Source: Corallochytrium limacisporum Hawaii | Taxonomy: Eukaryota > Protista > Pluriformea | Assembly: GCA_002811645.1 (NCBI GenBank) | Contig: PDIP01000145.1 | Location: 1 to 39,128 of the forward strand | Length of the DNA stretch: 39,128 nt | Direction of reading: 5' to 3' | In this document: positions 33,421 to 39,128 of the stretch, one piece after another | Layout of the letters: each line of letters starts with the position of its first letter | Position numbering within the stretch: the stretch's first letter is position 1 | Notes under the pieces: model-generated | Told to the model about the DNA's origin: nothing | The model's input: only the letters and a program-made list of their open reading frames with translations | Databases searched by the model: none | Program-made: the position numbers and the translations under genes

Positions 33421-33878
33421 CCTGGTTCAGATCTCTGGTCACACACAAAGGCAGCATGTGACCAAATATGATGTGCTTCCCCATTCCATTCTTCTCTTAT
33501 TCGGGACATGCAATACAGACGCAAAGAACCCCAGTGCTTGTTGTTGTATCCGCCCCCTTCCTCCCATGCATAAAACACTCCACAGCAGGCGTATGACAAA
33601 AGATCCAAATGTGTACCATATACAATAGCCATTTGAAGTGGTACGACTCCCGCTCGCAGTGGCTCTTCACACTCAGTCCGATGTCGTGGTTTCCTTTCCC
33701 CTCCCCCCTCTCCACCCCTTCCTTTCCCCCCACCCCCCGGTTCTCCCTTGCTCCCCCTTCCCTTTCGCCCTCTCCCTATTTTTGTGTGAGCTTTGCTTGC
33801 CTCCCTTTCGTCTCGGCGCTTGCGTGTCACTCTCGTGTTCACCCCACACACGCACTCAACTCACTCACTCTCACCCCG

Positions 33879-33942
33879 TCTGTGTGTCTGTGTGTCTGTG
33901 TGTCTGTGTGTCTGTGTGTCTGTGTGTCTGTGTGTCTGTGTG
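33879..33942. repeat. 8-bp tandem repeat (TCTGTGTG)n, about 8 copies
   Basis: Directly visible. Confidence 0.95.
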
Positions 33943-34537
33943 CCACTCTCTCTCTCTCTCGCTCGCTCACTCTGCCCGCGCCTTAGGATCACCGGTCGTA
34001 TCCCCAGCCAACTTTTTGTCACGGGGTACCCTACCCTTTAAGCCCCGGTGCAAAGGGTTAATCTTTTTTGGGCTGAGTGTGCGCGGACCGTGGGTGGCAA
34101 AGGCAAGACAAAAAAGCAACGATGGCGCGCGGGTCGGGCAGGAGGGAAAGAGAGTGAGAGGAGGGCAGGCGAAAAGGGGGAGGGGGAGGGGGAAAGGTTG
34201 ACCACCACCCCCCACCCCCCTCCCCCTTTTCTTTGCGCGTTTACCATTTGCCGCACACTCTGGCGGTGAAATTTTCTTCAAGATCGAAGTAAACACCCAA
34301 ACAACGCATGAGCCCCGAGACCACACAGAAAGTGTGACCAGTGAAACAAACTACCCCGTGACATACGACGTGAGTCTGAGGGAATCTGGTAAGTGTCCAT
34401 TTTGGTTGAAATTGTAAGATCTCGGAGCCACGGTTGTTTTTTTTGGGCAGAATTCTAAATAAATAAAGAAAATGAAAAAAATAACAAGGGCAAGAGGGCA
34501 TGCCACAATGCACGCCAAAATTCTTTTCAGATGGGTC

Positions 34538-34549
34538 ACACACACACAC

Positions 34550-34607
<58 letters not shown>

Positions 34608-34700
34608 NNNNNNNNNNNNNNNNNNNNNNNNNNNNNNNNNNNNNNNNNNNNNNNNNNNNNNNNNNNNNNNNNNNNNNNNNNNNNNNNNNNNNACACACAC

Positions 34701-34757
<57 letters not shown>

Positions 34758-34760
34758 AGA
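34538..34760. repeat. (CA)n-GAAA-(GA)n compound microsatellite present on both sides of the N gap at 34608-34692
   Basis: Directly visible; probably one locus represented twice. Confidence 0.9.
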
Positions 34761-35684
34761 CTTTCGGGTAACAACTCATTCAGTGCTAGCTTTGGTTTCC
34801 CCGTTGGACCTTTTTCTTTTTTTTCTCCGGTGTGTTGAACGTCGCTGCCTTTTCCTTCCCCCTTTTTCTTCCTTCGACTCGGCACAGACCCGGCCAGTTG
34901 CCTGTCCTGGTTGATTTGTCCTCTTCTCCGACCTTTCCACCCTTTCCCCAGGTCCCTTTGGATGAGCGTACGAATCTACTGTTTGGCTCGAAAATGTAGT
35001 ACATTTAATATAGAATATTTGAAATTACCAAATCGAAGGTTCCCCAGAGACCAGAACACCTACCGCCTGCATGCTCCCCGCATTAATGCCTCAGGGAGTC
35101 ACTGTACTCGAAACAAAGAGGCGAGGCTGATCTTGCTAATGCCGAGGACCGCACTCTGTTACTACGGATTAGAGGAGGAGATGCGGGTCACCTCGACATG
35201 GACGGTCATGCTGAGCACCTGCATTCGTTGTAGTCGGCTTCAATTGCTTACATCGTAAGTGGTCTTTAATTTCGATGGTTAGCCTCCCCTACGGTCGGGC
35301 GTCGTTACGTGTTTATGGTGCCAACAGGCCGGTGGTCACCGATGTTGCCAAATCGCTCCGCAGTCCGCCATCCCACATCCAACACCAGTCCGGCCAAAAC
35401 CATCCAATAAATCAGAGCTCCCAAAGACGACGACGATGTGAAGAACCACTAAAATGCAACCCAACAACACGGAATCGCCAGTGAAGGTGACCCAAGCGGA
35501 GAGAGAGCCAAATGCAGACACCGTTAATCAAATGGTCCTGCGAGGTGGGGTGTCCAATAATTCCTCGGGCCCTACGCGGGGTTGCCCATTTTCGACGAGT
35601 CTTGCGGTCGTTGAATTTCGAAACTTTCCCAGGGCCCTCCCCCGCTCCCCTTCCTTCCTTCTCTCTCCCTCTCTTCCCTTCCTT

Positions 35685-35687
<3 letters not shown>

Positions 35688-35739
<52 letters not shown>
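35688..35739. repeat. (CT)n microsatellite
   Basis: Directly visible. Confidence 0.97.
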
Positions 35740-35743
<4 letters not shown>

Positions 35744-38700
35744 GCGGATTATCTCGTGTCGAGTCCGTTTGCGGCGAGGCCATTACGTACTATTCTTAAG
35801 CCGACTCGGCTTAAACCGCCCGGCCTAGGATGTGACTAACTTACTATGTACGTGTACACTGTCAGACTGTATGAATTAACGAGCCCAAAGGCCGCTCTGG
35901 ACAACTTCCGTAGGAATGAAACTTAGTGAATTGAAAACGAAAGCCAATGGGGAAACCAAAAACAAAAACAAAAACTGTGTCAAAATCAAGGTCCCACTAG
36001 ACTTTGCCCCATAAAAAAAGAAGAAAGAAGACGAAAAAAAACAAAATTGAAAAACTAAAGGATGCAATCACAGATGAATTGTGTTTGACCTTACGCAGCA
36101 CACTGATGCGCGCCAGCAAGCAGTAATCACAATACCGATACCCGTAAAGCAAAGACATTGCAAAACAACCAAGCGATTATCCCGATGATGCTGTTGTAGT
36201 TGATATCTGTGATGCTGCTACATCTTTCAGAAACCGTCGACTCAATATCAGGACATCGATTGGAGTGCTCACCAGCCACCAATACATATCCTGTTTCAGA
36301 ACAGAATACTGGGAGAAATATTATGCATGTTTGATGTTGTATCATTGAGCCCATGTGTCCAAACCGAGGCAGGGACGGACGAAGAGGTTTCCCTGTTACC
36401 TGGTGAAGTGGAGTATTGCTGGTGTGGGTCACGTCAACGCGTTGGGGCCTCCCGGTGGCACGATTCAGTCGGGCGGGGAATGGATCCGAAGGGAGGGGTG
36501 TGAAGCAAAGAATCATGATACTTCTGATAGTTAACACCAATCTTTATTCTACGCCATAGACCTAGACCTGCGTGATGTTATTGACTATCGTGTACGGTTT
36601 TTGGTGGAAGTAAGGATTGGTGTTTTCGTTGTTGTCTCGATAGAGACCCGCGCTCGACATCTCCCATCGCTTCACCGTCTTTATTCAATATGTCGTGTGG
36701 TGGCTGAGATGTGACCAGTCCTATGGACAGGACCTGGAATACCTAACCACCACCACACCATCGAAGCTGCTTTATGAAAACACTACCCGCACCATCCAAT
36801 GACCCGCTTTGGGTATTAGAGAGTAGCTTTATTGATGAAGATCTGAGGTTTGGACGGTGAAGCACAATCTGAGTGGCAGAGATGGCACATCCAAAACGCA
36901 AAGGCTTATTCCCAGGGTAACAAATTTGGCCAGTGGTTCATTATTGCATTCTCGGCGTCCATCGTCCTGTTGTTTGCAAGGGTACGATCTGCTCATCTTT
37001 GTTCGGTCCCGGGTTGGGGTCGGGCGGAACGTAACGGCTACCGGCAATACGCCGCCGTCTCTCAAAGCGGAGCCAGGACCGAAGAGTTAGAAGGGAAAAA
37101 CAAAACAACAAGAGAAGAAGAAAGGGAAACCGGGGGGCAGGGGAGAGAGAGAGAAACAAAAAAAGAGGAGGCGGCAAGGGGAAGAAAAGGTCTTGTGCAC
37201 ACAAATTAGGTTTGCTAGTAAGGTTCGGAGTTTTCCCTTTGATTTAAGGTATGCTGAGGTGTGTTTCAGACGGCCAAGACCTCACATGGTTGCGTGCATG
37301 AGGATGTTGTTTACGTGGATTGCGTATTCTACTACATGCGTCGCAGCATGCACATGATACGCGACCGAGTAGAATCCATGGTGGTACATGGATGTGGTTC
37401 TGTCTTCGGAGATCAAACTCGGCCTCATCTGTCTACCTACGCTCCGCATGTGCGGGTTTTTTCTTGGATGTGCTACAAAAGTCACAAAAGATTCGGGCCC
37501 ACACATTCCCAAGATCCCCAAGATCGGTTACAACATATTCACCATGCGCGAATATAGAGGGCGGATATAGATGTACACACCAAGAATACAAAGCTCTCCC
37601 GAACATTCCGCGTACCAGCGCTCAATTGATCGCTCTGATGCGAACCGGAGGACCCGCGACCGAGGCCAGGGAAGTCCTGCACCGTCCATTGTACCATAGT
37701 GGGCACGGAATGGTTCTCTTTGTCCCACCAGCACCACCACCGGTCCGGGACCCAAGCTGCCAAAAGTGACAACGACAGAAAAGATTACTGAGAACGGAGG
37801 GAAGAAAGCGGCACATGCTCTTCCTCCTCTTCTTCGTTCGAATGCAGAGAGATGCGAACAAATTTTCCCTCGCAAGATTCTAAATCCTCCAGTGCAATAC
37901 ATTCAGTGCCGATCTCTAATCTCAGGAAGGAGAGTTTCTCCATGGACAGGCTAAAAATGTCGAAGCAAGGGAACAGGCCGACGGTGAGAAAAAAGCCACT
38001 CCCTAATTTATTCTGGTGCCTTGCCGAAGGTCTAGCTTTCTTCTCCACGGTTGGAGAGACATGTATGGGCCACCGGGACACCCGGCCATGTAAAGTGCGA
38101 AGAATGGAGTGTGCGTTGACAACAGAATCTTCAGAATGGAATGTAAACATCGTCTGTGATGCTCCTCTGTTTCTAATGTTTACTTAACTGATAGGCGTAC
38201 ATGGTGTTTTGGACCGGGATGTGCGAAGCTTGGATAGAGACACTCTTAGACTAGATAACTGCTAAGGGGACAAAGAGGGGTTTCAGCCCACAAACAATTC
38301 CCGGGGAGAGACTCAATATCCCGGGTACATTAGATACGCGACCTTAATCTATCTTACTGTTGTGAAGAAGCTCGCCCCACTCGCAAGAGAAAATTACGTG
38401 CTGCAGTCCCACAGTTCGGGCGCGCTGGGCGCATGCGTTTCACGATGATCTCGTCCGGGCAGTGAATGTTTGGGATTGCTAAACCACACACTCGGTGCAT
38501 TTAATATGGAACACTATCAAAGGAGCATGCATGAGAAGATGAACGGGGACTTGCCCACCAACTCTACGAGCGCCAACTTTCAAAAGCACCACATGTGTAG
38601 GACCAGGCGGCCCAGATACTTTTCCAGAAAGATGATGAAGACTATCTCTGTATACACGTCTGCGGAGTAGAATGATGTACGTCGTTTAGATTGGATATGC

Positions 38701-39128
38701 ACACAACTGAAGGGTTTTCGTTTTGCTGAAACGTAGTCGAAGATGGAAATCATTGTCCAAAGAAGACTAATGCTGCCCGATAGAGGCTTACCTGCGGTGG
38801 TGACGTCGTCGGAGGCGTCACAGTGCGTGCGGGCCGAATTCCAGAATAAAACACTGGACAACTTCCAACTACCCCATGCACACGTCTGCTTAATTTCAGC
38901 ACACTCAGTGGAAAAATACGCGTGAATGCCGGAGACGTGTTCCGGTAGTGTGATCCCGCGGCGACATACCCCACCCACCGGTCGTCTACCGCCTACCTTT
39001 TGGAACGGAGAGCAAGCCGGACCCACCGAGTGAGTCTTCAAGTAAAACACATTAAATACTACTATCCTCTGCGTCGAAATATTGCTCCAAATCACATTTA
39101 ATCAACCGGAATAAGGAGGGAGGGAGAA

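Noticed and set aside
34538-34760. Apparent tandem duplication of (CA)n-GAAA-(GA)n
   Set aside because: The copies flank an N gap; most likely the same microsatellite unmerged at two contig ends.
35796-35814. Palindrome TTAAGCCGA-C-TCGGCTTAA (TTAA ends suggest a piggyBac relic)
   Set aside because: Isolated 19-bp feature with no associated element; cannot be distinguished from chance.
21661-39030. Stop-codon reassignment to explain the interrupted ORFs
   Set aside because: The clear genes terminate normally at TAA or TGA and contain no internal stops.

Overview
Eukaryotic draft-assembly window with many (GT)n/(GA)n microsatellites and four N gaps. It holds six well-supported, apparently single-exon genes covering about one third of the window. 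(1) A secreted AA10 lytic polysaccharide monooxygenase of the fusolin/spindolin-like type, with a Thr/Pro repeat linker and a GbpA-D4/CBM73-like C-terminal domain. (2) A hemerythrin-like protein ending in a CaaX box. (3) A bacterial-signature alkaline phosphatase with a signal peptide and a GPI-like tail. (4, 5) Two co-oriented single-pass receptors that share a distinctive EGF-like module, a similar TM segment and long disordered tails with Tyr and RPLP motifs; one carries an Asn-rich ectodomain, the other a 7-blade FG-GAP propeller. (6) A bacterial-type NhaC-family transporter. All six products are predicted to be secreted, surface-exposed or membrane-attached. Intergenic DNA contains decayed coding-like fragments, including a probable F-box pseudogene. 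The best candidate for an undescribed system is the kinase-less EGF-TM-phosphotyrosine receptor family with interchangeable ectodomains. The host looks like an intron-poor unicellular eukaryote, possibly a holozoan, but that is inference only. No rRNA, intact tRNA, CRISPR array or intact transposon was recognised.
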